This document shows, piece by piece, positions 48,499 through 60,721 of a stretch of 64,000 bases of DNA. Both the position numbers and the translations under genes were made by a program. The notes under the pieces are model-generated. The model saw only the letters and a list, made by a program, of their open reading frames with translations. It was not told where the DNA came from and searched no databases. This DNA comes from Amphiscolops sp. MND2022 (taxonomy: Eukaryota). Location: contig OZ076409.1 in assembly GCA_964187785.1 (NCBI GenBank), positions 25,918,001-25,982,000 of the forward strand, written 5' to 3'. Numbering within the stretch: position 1 is the first letter of the stretch; each line of letters starts with the position of its first letter.

Positions 48499-48624
48499 GG
48501 GATTTAAATGAAGTTCTGCTAAAATATCTTATACCCTGAAATTTACCGTTCGGTGTTCCCGCATCCACTTTTTAGAAGCTATTCAGACGGTGGTTCTGAG
48601 GAGTACAGCAAGCAAGATACCCGT

Positions 48625-51600
48625 TATTTATAGCAGTACCATACCAGATTAAGGACAGAGAGCGTCTTACAAGACTGTGCCCCCTCCCCGGGATCGGTAC
48701 CCTGCGGAGGAAAAATGGGTTGGTACGTAGAGAGAGACTGTCAGTCCTGGACTCCGTACTAGTGCCTCACTCTCGTTAACATGCAAGCGTCTGACGGTTG
48801 TCGTTACAAGAGTGTAGAGTGATTTCAAAAAAAATAAAGGCTGCATAATTTTGAACGGATTAATATTAAACACCAGCTGATTTGTGAAATATTATTTTTT
48901 CCCTGCTAGATATGTATGGGCGATAATTCGATCCTGGTTTGAATCATAGATTTCATATTTGTGATAGACGATGAATGAAAATTTGAATGAAATATAAAAT
49001 AACAAAAAAGCTCTCACCATTGTCGCCGTAACCATTAGAGTTGGAGGAACACATGTTATGGGTATTTGCCCGGGACAGGCGCCCATGACCATGAGCTCAT
49101 TTTGCCTCCTTCGGGTAAACACTGTCCCGTCAGAGGAGGATTCCGCTTCTTTTGAAGCGCTCGCCGGCCTGATCCAGTCTTTAATTGCTGTCAGTAGCGC
49201 GAATTACGCGTTGTCTTCGAAACTATCACTTAGACAGCCTTTAAAAACGTTCCAAAAGGAAATTATGCTAAATTTTTTTATTCAGTGTGACTTGAGGAGT
49301 AATATCTAAAATTGCGGAATAAGATCTAAAGTTGTCAAAGTAGCCATAAACTTACAACGATGTACAGCAATCTACAGCAATCGCGTCCACAACAGCGATT
49401 TGGCAACATCCACATTCAGCTCGCAAGCTGGGGCACCACGGGCACAGAATTGTGAATTAGACGAAAAGACTCATTTTTACGGTTTTTGCTACTTAAGGTA
49501 GCATACTGCTGAAATGAAGGTTAGCACCTTCGAAAGAGTCTAATTTCAGAGGTTTTTGCAGTCTCTGGTGTCTGTTCGGGCGGGTTGTCTTATGTTTTTT
49601 CTCGATCTTGCTCTTTGTAGTCGAAGTACCTGCCAATTTCGTTGAAACAGCTAAAAGAGAAATCATATGCTCAGTGCCATGTTAAACATCGAATTAGAAT
49701 TTTTGACAAATTTCTGAACATGTCACAATTCCAAAATCGGTTGATTTTGCTGTACCAGAGGGTCCCGTTACATCACTCCCCGGGCCTTAGGCATGACGTC
49801 CCTGTCATGCGGAGAAGCTGGCATTGAAAACATCTCCACATCATCTTTGCAATCCACTGGGATCTCAAACTGGTGATGTTGCAAAGTTCCAATGGCACTG
49901 TCATCTTTCGCTGATTGGGCAACCTTGAAGTCTTGCTTCTTGCAATCCAGTGAACGTGCATCGTCCACGAACTGTTGAAACAGAGCTAGCTCGAGAGCTA
50001 GAAAACAAGTACTCAAAAATGCACCTTCAAACAAATCATAATCTTTAATCTATATATCAATCTAAGAGCATCAATTAATTGGCAAAGTTTTCTACACTAA
50101 ATTTGGATAGGATCGCAATAGCACTGATGTTTATGTGGTTTAAGAAGTTTTTTGAAGCCCTGGGGCTCTCTAGAGGTTTCTCTCAAAAACTTCTTTCCAC
50201 GCCAGTAAAAATTCAGTTTGCAGAACAGTTAAAATTTGTTTTCAGTATAACTTCTTTTCAGCGGAAAGACCACTGTTTAAAAAAAACAGGTAGTTTCTGA
50301 TATTTTTTTGTTCAAAGTTTGGCTAAACTTGGGCAGCATTCACTGATGTGCAGCTCCATACCAAAACAAAAATCAGTAGCATCCGTTGAGGAGAGTATGA
50401 AAAGCGATTTGCCAACTGACTGCATGTGAGATTTATCACTGAGACAAAAATAGACAAGATTCTGTAATTGAAAATTTCGGGGCTAATGAGCTCCAATAAA
50501 CAAAATATTCCGTAGAAAAGCCACTGAATCAACGGAAAACTGACATTAAAACTCCAAGGAGTATAACTATAGAGATAACGAAACTAAAGAAGAAACTATT
50601 TTAAAAAGCATCTGGCCAAAGTTGCACTAACGAGGACTTTCATTTGCTTTTTTGCTTTTGTTGTCAGGCCTCACTGATAGCCTTGAAAGTGTTATATCAA
50701 ATAATTTCTACGAGGAACAAAAAACAAAGTTTTTTTATATCAAGCTGTGAGTGTACATCAGAATCGATTGAAAGTAATGTGCGATCAGGATTTCATTACT
50801 TTAGATTGTGGCAGATTCCGTGGGTGGTCAGCGTGGAAAGTAGAGAATTAGAGTGTTGTCACTCCATGGGACTCCCCGGACCTTAGTCAACTCCCCGGGC
50901 CTCAATCGAGGCGGATTATGAGGATAGCGAGGAATAGACAAACTTGAATGCCCGACACAGAAATTGCAGAGTGATAAGTTGAGCTTTGACGACACCTCCT
51001 CCCCCTTGAAAAGAAAAGGAGTGTAGCTCGGGTTGTGGATGGGTATCATTATTCGATAGCAGCAGGACATGCAAAAAGCATGAAATACCAGGACATCCAA
51101 AAAAAAAGAAAACTGAGGCTGGGTCTGTCTCAAGACTGTGATAGATGTTCGGAGGACGGCCACGCCTAGGTGCATTCGGTCAATGCGACCATGGTAGTAA
51201 GAGGACTGAGCGTGGTGGACTGCCACAGCGACGTCTACGATGAAGCGAAAGCAGAACTTTATGCCATGAGAGTTCACCAGAAGCCCGCGGTGGTCGACCA
51301 CGTCTATGTCCAGTCGGTCGAGATTTGGTAGAACCACTATGCAACCAATTGATAGAGATTGGCTGGTCCACTTGAATATAATCCTGTAGACCAAGTTGAG
51401 CAGAAGTTGGCTAAATAGAATATTTCAGCAAACTCGGCAGCAACTGCGAAGTGCATAAAAGGGACTTTGTTCCAGGGATATGAGAGTTGCTTACAGAATC
51501 CTGCGACATGGAAATGGAGGGTGAGATTGATATTCGTTCATTTTTCATATCACTTGAGTAGAGGTTGCGCTCGAGCAACCCATTGTCACCGGCGTGATAT

Positions 51601-54600
51601 TTAGGCAACGTGTCAGCAATACCCAAGGTTGTAGTGTCCAAAGATATTGGGTCCACCCCCATGTCTTTTGTTGGCGGTGTCATTGGTTATGCTTCAGCGT
51701 CGTTTGGAATATTGATAGTGGCACTTCCGAGGTGTACCTGCATATCTGCATTTATCGACTGCATTGTGCTAGCGCTGGAGCTAGCAGTTTCTCCCTGCGA
51801 AGTCCGCTTTGTGCCAACAGGGCTGAAATTTCATCCATCTGCTGCTCCAGGGCCTCTTATTGTTGATCCTGTTTCTGATAAATCTGAAAACTGGTTTCAT
51901 GGAGAGAGAATCCTTTCGACGACGATACTGAACTAGGACTGGAAGTCTTTATGCTCATCTCCGGCTCGGTATTCTGAGTGGTAGATGGTATTGAGTCTAG
52001 AAAATCGGAGCCAAGTTTGAAACTATCCTCCAAAGGCCAATCTTCCCACTTCAAATCCTCTAACTTCGTCGATCGGTCATGTTCATATACCATTTGGGAT
52101 TCATTTCGAGGTTGAACTTCAAGAAGATCCATTGGTTGAGCTGCACTGATACCCTCTTCCCCTTTAAAAAAAAGAACGGAGGCGGTGGAAGACTTTCCAA
52201 CGTTGCATTTCAGCTTTAGAGATTCCGATCTGCTTCACTAGAACCACCTGTTTATCCAACCTCAGTGTCAGGGTCAAAGTCAAGAGAAGTTCTAGCTATC
52301 ACAGCATGCTGAGAACTGTTCATAGCTTTGCACGCTGCTAAGTGGGCTAAAAAATGTTGCTCTCGAGCAACTTCTCGCAGCCAAGTTGGATACTGCGCAC
52401 CAAACAGACAGTCGAGCGGTTTGTTGACTCCTCAACCCGAATTGAGTTTGGGTATTTTGTAATTACCAAAAGAGTTCTCTGCGAATTTGACGTGATATTC
52501 GGTGCTTCAGCTACTTGATACTACGGAATAACACCAAAGAGAGGCACCAGAGTGTTCACAAAGGTTCCACACTCGGGCAAAATGTTGTCAATAGGAGGTT
52601 GCTCCTCTCAAAATCTCGTGAACACTCAGGGTCTTTCGGAATATTTATAGCAGTACCATACCAGATTAAGGACAGAGAGCGTCTTACAAGACTGTGCCCC
52701 CTCCCCGGGATCGGTACCCTGCGGAGGAAAAATGGGTTGGTACGTAGAGAGAGACTGTCAGTCCTGGACTCCGTACTAGTGCCTCACTCTCGTTAACATG
52801 CAAGCGTCTGACGGTTGTCGTTACAAGAGTGTAGAGTGATTTCAAAAAAATAAAGGCTGCATAATTTTGAACGGATTAATATTAAACACCAGCTGATTTG
52901 TGAAATATTATTTTTTCCCTGCTAGATATGTATGGGCGATAATTCGATCCTGGTTTGAATCATAGATTTCATATTTGTGATAGACGATGAATGAAAATTT
53001 GAATGAAATATAAAATAACAAAAAAGCTCTCACCATTGTCGCCGTAACCATTAGAGTTGGAGGAACACATGATATGGGTATTTGCCCGGGACAGGCGCCC
53101 ATGACCATGAGCTCATTTTGCCACCTTCGGGTAAAAACTGTCCCGTCAGAGGAGGATTCCGCTTCTTTTGAAGCGCTCGCCGGCCTGATCCAGTCTTTAA
53201 TTGCTGTCAGTAGCTCGAATTACGCTTTGTCTTCGAAACTATCACTTAGACAGCCTTTAAAAACGTTCCAAAAGGAAATTATGCTAAATTTTCTTATTCA
53301 GTGTGACTTGAGGAGTAATATCTAAAATTTCGGAATAAGATCTAAAGTTGTCAAAGTAGCCATAAACTTACAACGATGTACAGCAATCTACAGCAATCTC
53401 GTCCACAACAGCGATTTGGCAACATCCACAATCAGCTCGCAAGCTGGGGCACCACGGGCACAGATTTGTGAATTAGACGAAAAGACTCATTTTTACGGTT
53501 TTTGCTACTTAAGGTAGCATACTGCTGAAATGAAGGTTAGCACCTTCGAAAGAGTCTAATTTCAGAGGTTTTTGCAGTCTCTGGCGTCTGTTCGGGCGGG
53601 TGGCTTTATGTTTTTTCTCGATCTTGCTCTTTGTAGTCGAAGTACCTGCCAATTTCGTTGAAACAGCGAAAAGAGCAATCATATGCTCAGTGCCATGTTA
53701 AACATCGAATTAGAATTTTTGACAAATTTCTGAACATGTCACAATTCCAAAATCGGTTGATTTTGCTGTACCAGAGGGTCCCGTTACATCGCTTCCCGGG
53801 CCTTAGGCATGACGTCCCTGTCATGCGGAGAAGCTGGCATTGAAAACATCTCCACATCATCTTTGCAATCCACTGGGATCTCAAACTGGTGATGTTGCAA
53901 GGGTCCAATGGCACTGTCATCTTTCGCTGATTGGGCAACCTTGAAGTCTTGCTTCTTGCAATCCAGTGAACGTGCATCTTCCACGAACTGTTGAAACAGA
54001 GCTAGCTCGAGAGCTAGAAAACAAGTCTCAAAAATGCACCTTCAAACAAATCATAATCTTTAATCTATATATCAATCTAAGAGCATCAATTAATTGGCAA
54101 AGTTTTCTACACTAAATTTGGATAGGATCGCAATAGCACTGATGTTTATGTGGTTTAAGAAGTTTTTTGAAGCCCTGGGGCTCTCTAGAGGTTTCTTTCA
54201 AAAACTTCTTTCCACGCCAGTAAAAATTCAGTTTGCAGAACAGTTAAAATTTGTTTTCAGTATAACTTCTTTTCAGCGGAAAGACCACTGTTTAAAAAAA
54301 ACAGGTAGTTTCTGATATTTTTTTGTTCAAAGTTTGGCTAAACTTGGGCAGCATTCACTAATGTGCAGCTCCATACCAAAACAAAAATCAGTAGCATCCG
54401 TTGAGGAGAGTATGAAAAGCGATTTGCCAACTGACTGCATGTGAGATTTAGCACTGAGACAAAAATAGACAAGATTCTGTAATTGAAAATTTCGGGGCTA
54501 ATGAGCTCCAATAAACAAATTATTCCGTAGAAAAGCCACTGAATCAACGGAAAACTGACATTAAAACTCCAAGGAGTATAACTATAGAGATAACGAAACT

Positions 54601-56666
54601 AAAGAAGAAACTATTTAAAAAAGCATCTGGCCAAAGTTGCACTAACGAGGACTTTCATTTGCTTTTTTGCTTTTGTTGTCAGGCCTCACTGATAGCCTTG
54701 AAAGTTTTATATCAAATAATTTCTACGAGGAACAAAAAACAAAGTTTTTATATCAAGCTGTGGGTGTACATCAGAATCGATTGAAAGTAATGTGCGATCA
54801 GGATTTCATTACTTTAGATTGTGGCAGATTCCGTGGGTGGTCAGCGTGGAAAGTAGAGAATTAGAGTGTTGTCACTCCATGGGACTCCCCGGACCTTAGT
54901 CAACTCCCCGGGCCTCAATCGAGGCGGATTATGAGGATAGCGAGGAATAGACAAACTTGAATGCCCGACACAAAAATTGCAGAGTGATAAGTTGAGCTTT
55001 GACGACACCTCCTCCCCCCTTGAAAAGAAAAGGAGTGTAGCTCGGGTTGTGGATAGGCATCATTATTCGATAGCAGCAGGACATGCAAAAAGCATGAAAT
55101 ATCAGGACATCCAATAAAAAAAACTGAGGCTGGGTCTGTCTCAAGACTGTGATAGATGTTCGGAGGACGGCCACGCCTAGGTGCATTCGGTCAATGCGAC
55201 CATGGTAGTAAGAGGACTGAGCGTGGTGGACTGCCACAGCGACGTCTACGATGAAGCGAAAGCAGAACTTTATGCCATGAGAGTTCACCAGAAGCCCGCG
55301 GTGGTCGACCACGTCTATGTCCAGTCGGTCGAGATTTGGTAGAACCACTATGCAACCAATTGATAGAGATTGGCTGGTCCACTTGAATATAATCCTGTAG
55401 ACCAAGTTGAGCAGAAGTTGGCTAAATAGAATATTTCAGCAAACTCGGCAGCAACTGCGAAGTGCATAAAAGGGACTTTGTTCCAGGGATATGAGAGTTG
55501 CTTACAGAATCCTGCGACATGGAAATGGAGGGTGAGATTGATATTCGTTCATTTTTCATATCACTTGAGTAGAGGTTGCGCTCGAGCAACCCATTGTCAC
55601 CGGCGTGATATTTAGGCAACGTGTCAGCAATACCCAAGGTTGTAGTGTCCAAAGATATTGGGTCCACCCCCATGTCTTTTGTTGGCGGTGTCATTGGTTA
55701 TGCTTCAGCGTCGTTTGGAATATTGATAGTGGCACTTCCGAGGTGTACCTGCATATCTGCATTTATCGACTGCATTGTGCTAGCGCTGGAGCTAGCAGTT
55801 TCTCCCTGCGAAGTCCGCTTTGTGCCAACAGGGCTGAAATTTCATCCATCTGCTGCTCCAGGGCCTCTTATTGTTGATCCTGTTTCTGATAAATCTGAAA
55901 ACTGGTTTCATGGAGAGAGAATCCTTTCGACGACGATACTGAACTAGGACTGGAAGTCTTTATGCTCATCTCCGGCTCGGTATTCTGAGTGTTAGATGGT
56001 ATTGAGTCTAGAAAAACGGAGCCAAGTTTGAAACTATCCTCCAAAGGCCAATCTTCCAACTTCAAATCCTCTAACTTCGTCGATCGGTCATGTTCATATA
56101 CCATTTGGGATTCATTTCGAGGTTGAATTTCAAGAAGATCCATTGGTTGAGCTGCACTGATACCCTCTTCCCCTTTAAAAAAGGAACGGAGGCGGTGGAA
56201 GACTTTCCAACGTTGCATTTCAGCTTTAGAGATTCCGATCTGCTTCACTAGAACCACATGTTTATCCAACCTCAGTGTCAGGGTCAAAGTCAAGAGAAGT
56301 TCTAGCTATCACAGCATGCTGAGAACTGTTCATAGCTTTGCACGCTGCTCAGTGGGCTAAAAAATGTTGCTCTCGAGCAACTTCTTGCAGCCAAGTTGGA
56401 TACTGCGCACCAAACAGACAGTCGAGCGGTTTGTTGACTCCTCAACCCGAATTGAGTTTGGGTATTTTGTAATTACCAAAAAAGTTCTCTGCGAATTTGA
56501 CGTGATATTCGGTGCTTCAGCTACTTGATACCACGGAATAACACCAAACAGAGGCACCAGAGTGTTCACAAAGGTTCCACACTCGGGCAAAAAGTTGTCA
56601 ATAGGAGGTTGCTCCTCTCAAAATCTCGTGATTTTGCCTAACTCGGAACACTCAGGGTCTTTCGGA
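48625..56666. repeat. ~4.02-kb tandem duplication (48625-52640 / 52642-56666)
   Basis: Colinear near-identical sequence at offset ~4010-4017 (paired ORFs e.g. 51411/55422), with scattered SNPs and small indels. Confidence 0.97.
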
Positions 56667-59600
56667 TATCGAAAACCCTGCTCAGGCTCACAGCGTAACG
56701 CCTATTTTTCTTTTTGGAAAAATGTAGTCTAGAGTGCGTCGCGGGCACTTGAAGTTGCTGAATTGAGCTTTTTAGGATCAGAGGAGTCCAAAATTTATGA
56801 CCACTGCCGGCAATTTTTTGAACCGTGGGATTTGCCTCGTTTGCACCCAGGAAGGCCTGCCAGGTCTGTTCGGTTGGAAAATGAAAGCTTTTGGTATCTG
56901 CCTTCCGTATAGTGGGAGTACTGAGGTTTTAGAGGCAGGCTGATAATTACCTCCAGCTACAAGCTAGAGAGTTTTTTAACGATTTTTGAAATTTTCAAAA
57001 CTTTTTGAAGATTACTCAAGTGGCTCGTACCAAGACTGGAAACGTAAGATTGGGCTCAAAACTAGCCACGCGGCCCCACGTATAGCCAGGTACACTGTGA
57101 CAAACACCAATTGGGGCTCAGATTATTGGATGAGTTGCAGATGCTGTACAGACTTTCCGTATCAACGTGTCTTATGGGGACACGATTTTTCACGTGCAAC
57201 CAAAGACTTGTTCACAGTGATGAGCTCGCAAGCTCACTTTTTCAGCAACAGTGCACCAAACGACACTGACAACAATGATCCGGAGCAATGTAGTCCCAAC
57301 GTTCCGATGAGGTGCAGCGACAACTCCCAAAAATGGTCCAACTCGTTACAATACCAAGGATATCACAACTGTAAGTAACGAGATTCTATGTCCCAGCAAA
57401 GCTGCACATTCGATATTGGCCACAATTCGCACGTACAGCAATGAATTCACGAATAGGAGTTCAGACCAGGGGGTTTTCACAAGTTTCCAACACGTAAAAC
57501 TGGGTTTTGTCTCACTTTCCAAGTTTTCGTCTCGGTGAGGACTTAAGCCAGAATAAGGATATACACGTCTCAAATGGGTCGAAATCACATCTAGGGGTCG
57601 TAACGAGTTCAAATTCACTCAAACAGTTGTTATCAATTCACAATCTTAGAAGATGAATTTGGTTTGCATCTAAACTTTCGCTAAGACAATCACGCGACGT
57701 TTCCAACAAATTTTGAACTTTCTTGGAGAGTACGAAAAAAAACACAAGTAGCTCGAATTCGTCACTGAAGAGTTGGATCTGGTTCAAAATTAACCAGAAG
57801 ACCCTACAGGCACGTAGGTACACGATGGTGAACGACGATCTGGGTTCCGAGACTTGTACACGACTTCCCCTCGGTACAGACGTGCGGTACAACTATGTCA
57901 TAGCAGGAGTCAAAATACACGCTTTTTATACAATTTCTAAGCACTGGTATGAGTTGGCGGTTCAGCATTCTCTCTAACAATGCACCAACTAACACAACGT
58001 ACGATGATGGGTTGCAATATGTCCCCACTTTTCGGCTAAGGTGTTCAGGCACTTCCAAAAAATTTCGAAAAAATTGCCTTTTTGCACCTCTTTTTGAGCA
58101 GTACGTTTTCGTCAATTTCTCAACAAATACTGCACCGATCGGCACGAAACTTAGTAGGCGCTGTCAATGGGCACCTACATAGCAGGTTCAATGGTCCGAT
58201 GAAAGCCTGCGAGTTTTCCTAGGGTTTCGACTGAGTACAGACACTATCTCAGCAAAAACAGTCTTTTTTGACACTTTTTTCACAAATTGGTTAAGAGGGT
58301 CGACACTACCAATGTTACGGCAGGCAAAATAGGGTCGACGTGTTGCCCCACTGGTCACAGCACTGCCACAAGCCCTCAAATAGCCGTGCCTGTTGGGTAT
58401 GAGGCACTGTCGGTCCTACAGTTTTGGAAATTTTCGGCTAAGTTGGCTCGTTCTGATGTCAAAACGTCAGAGAGCTTTTCTCGACTTTGGTTAGCGCTAG
58501 GCTAACCAAATTTTCGGCACTAGCGTTTATTTTGGCGGTAGTTACGAAATTGCAACCAGTTTTTAGCTATGTTTCAGGAATCAATGACCCGATCCTAACA
58601 ATTGGACAGTCCGGTTTTGTGGAAATTTGGTCAAATTCAGTGCGTTTTTCAACTTTTCTCAGCATTGAAAAAGAATTTTTTGATGCGGTTTTCCCTCTCA
58701 CAGGTTATTTTTCTTATATAAACAGAAAATGAAAGCTCGGAAGCTCCCAGCTAACAAAAAGACAGAGTGCCCAGGGGGTTTTGATTGTGTACTCAGACAC
58801 TTCTGAAACTGATTAAAAATCAAGGTTTTTCAATTTTTACCTGATACGAAAACGTAAAAAACCTACTCAAACAGTAATTTCTGTGCCGTGGAAGGTGCCC
58901 CAAGTTTTTAGCAGCCGGGAAGAGGCGATTGCAGTGCTATCCAGCATTCTTCCGGTTGCATTTCATAGTTGTTTCTTGTCAATTTCGCCAAAAACCGGGT
59001 TTTTCATACAAAATGCGTCCGAAAAGAGACTTCAACGCCTTTTCTGGTGGAGAATACATTATGTAGCAGTACCCTAGAGGTCTTGGGCTACTTCCCGGGA
59101 TACGTTTTTGCAACTGTTGTGATTAATACCTAGAGCACTCGCGCTCGTACCAAGAAAAACACTGAAAAATGCCAAAAATGACGTTTTTGCTTCTTTTGCA
59201 CCCAAATTCGGACTTTTCTAACTGAAAACGGCTACAAAAGCACACACTGAGTTGCAACAGGAGAAAACTAGCATGAAAAAACGATTCCCAATTAAAAAAT
59301 ACACAATCGAAAAAGTTTTTCATACCATACTCCGAAAAACTGATACTTCTGGAATGAGGGGTGACACCTTCGCCGTCTTTTCTCTCAACAGCCAGACCAC
59401 CTAGAGAGAAACGGGTTAGACCGTCGGCAACGTCAGCACTTGTTCTATCTTTCCAACAAATCCCATTTTTCTATGACGTCTGTAGCAGAAATGGAAAAGG
59501 AGAGTCGGGAACACTCGGTTCAGCTCATCTATCGGTCGAACGGAACATGGCTCATCCATCAATTGAATACCTCGTACATAGCCAAAAACGCTGAAATGAA

Positions 59601-60721
59601 CTACAAAACACCTGTTACAACATGCGTAAAGTCTTTCTAGCGATTCGCTAAGCCATTACAAAGGTACCCGCTGATGGGAACATGCAATTTTAGACGATAC
59701 CTGTCAACAAATACCGTTTACTAATATACCATCGGCAGTTGGGAAAGTGACCTGAAAAACGGACAGAAAACTTGCCACAGTAAACCTGTCAATACACCAA
59801 AATCTAAAAAAGAAGGAAAACTCTGCGTAAACATCTCCAACCAGAGCCAGGTCGCACTTGGCGTCAATCACCAGAGGGTCGGCTCTTCTAAAACCATTAA
59901 AGGAAGCACTTCGAAGCGATCCCTCTGTGGTCGCCAAAAAATAATGTCTCTATGTAACGACAAGCTCTCACCATTGTCGCCGTAGCCATTAGAATTGGAG
60001 GAACATATGATATGGGTATTTGCCCGGGACAGGCGCCCAAGACCATGAGCTCATTTTGCCTGTAAAAACTGTCCCGTCAGAGGAGGATTCCGCTTCTTTT
60101 GAAGTGCTCGCCGGCCTGATCCAGTCTTTAATTGCTGTCAGTAGCGCGAATTACGCTTTGTCTTCGGAACTATCACTTAGACAGCCTTTTAAAACGTTCC
60201 AAAAGGAAATTATGCTAAATTTTCGTTATTCAGGGTGACTTGAGGAATAATATCTGAAATTGCGGAATAAGATCTGAAGTTGTCAAAGTAGCCATAAACT
60301 TACAACAATGTACAGCAATCTCCAGCAATCTTGTCCACAACAGCGATTTGGCAACATCCACATTCAGCTCGCAAGCTGGGGCACCACGGGCACAGATTTG
60401 TGAATTAGACGAAAAGACTCATTTTTACGGTTTTCGCTACTTAAGGTAGCATACTGCTGAAATCAAGGTTAGGACCTTCGAAAGAGTCTAATTTCAGAGA
60501 TTTTTGCAGTCTCTGGCGTCTCTTCGGGCAGCTGGCCTTATGTTTTTTCTCGATCTTGCTCTTTGTTGTCGAAGTACCTGCCAATTTCGTTGAAACAGCG
60601 AAAAGAGCAATCCCATGCTTAGTGCCACGTCAAACATCGAATTAGAATTTTTGACAAAATTTCTGAACATGTCACAATTCCAAAATCGGTTGATTTTGCT
60701 GTACCAGAGGGTCCCGTTACA
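48999..60721 (-). mobile_element. Non-autonomous (LARD-like) LTR element D; 3' LTR and adjacent ~2.9 kb duplicated
   Basis: ~770-bp LTR copies at ~48999-49772, ~53015-53788 and 59953-60721 (TGTAACG...CGTTACA). PBS-like TGGCGACCACAGAGGGA on minus at ~59920-59936; PPT-like GGGGAGTGA abutting 49772. No recognisable RT/IN and no TSD found. Confidence 0.65.
59953..60721 (-). repeat. 5' LTR of element D (769 bp)
   Basis: 7-bp terminal inverted repeat TGTAACG/CGTTACA; homologous to 49008-49772 but more diverged than the two duplicated copies are from each other. Confidence 0.75.

Noticed and set aside
32376..48690. Short LTR (TGTAAG...CTACA on minus, 48671 to 32376) interrupted by element C, with GGGGAGGGGG upstream
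   Set aside because: Plausible, but there is no second full copy, no TSD, and the purine tract is 8 nt from the terminus.
57960..59360. Possible nested DNA-transposon fragment within element D
   Set aside because: No TIR/TSD pair could be identified.
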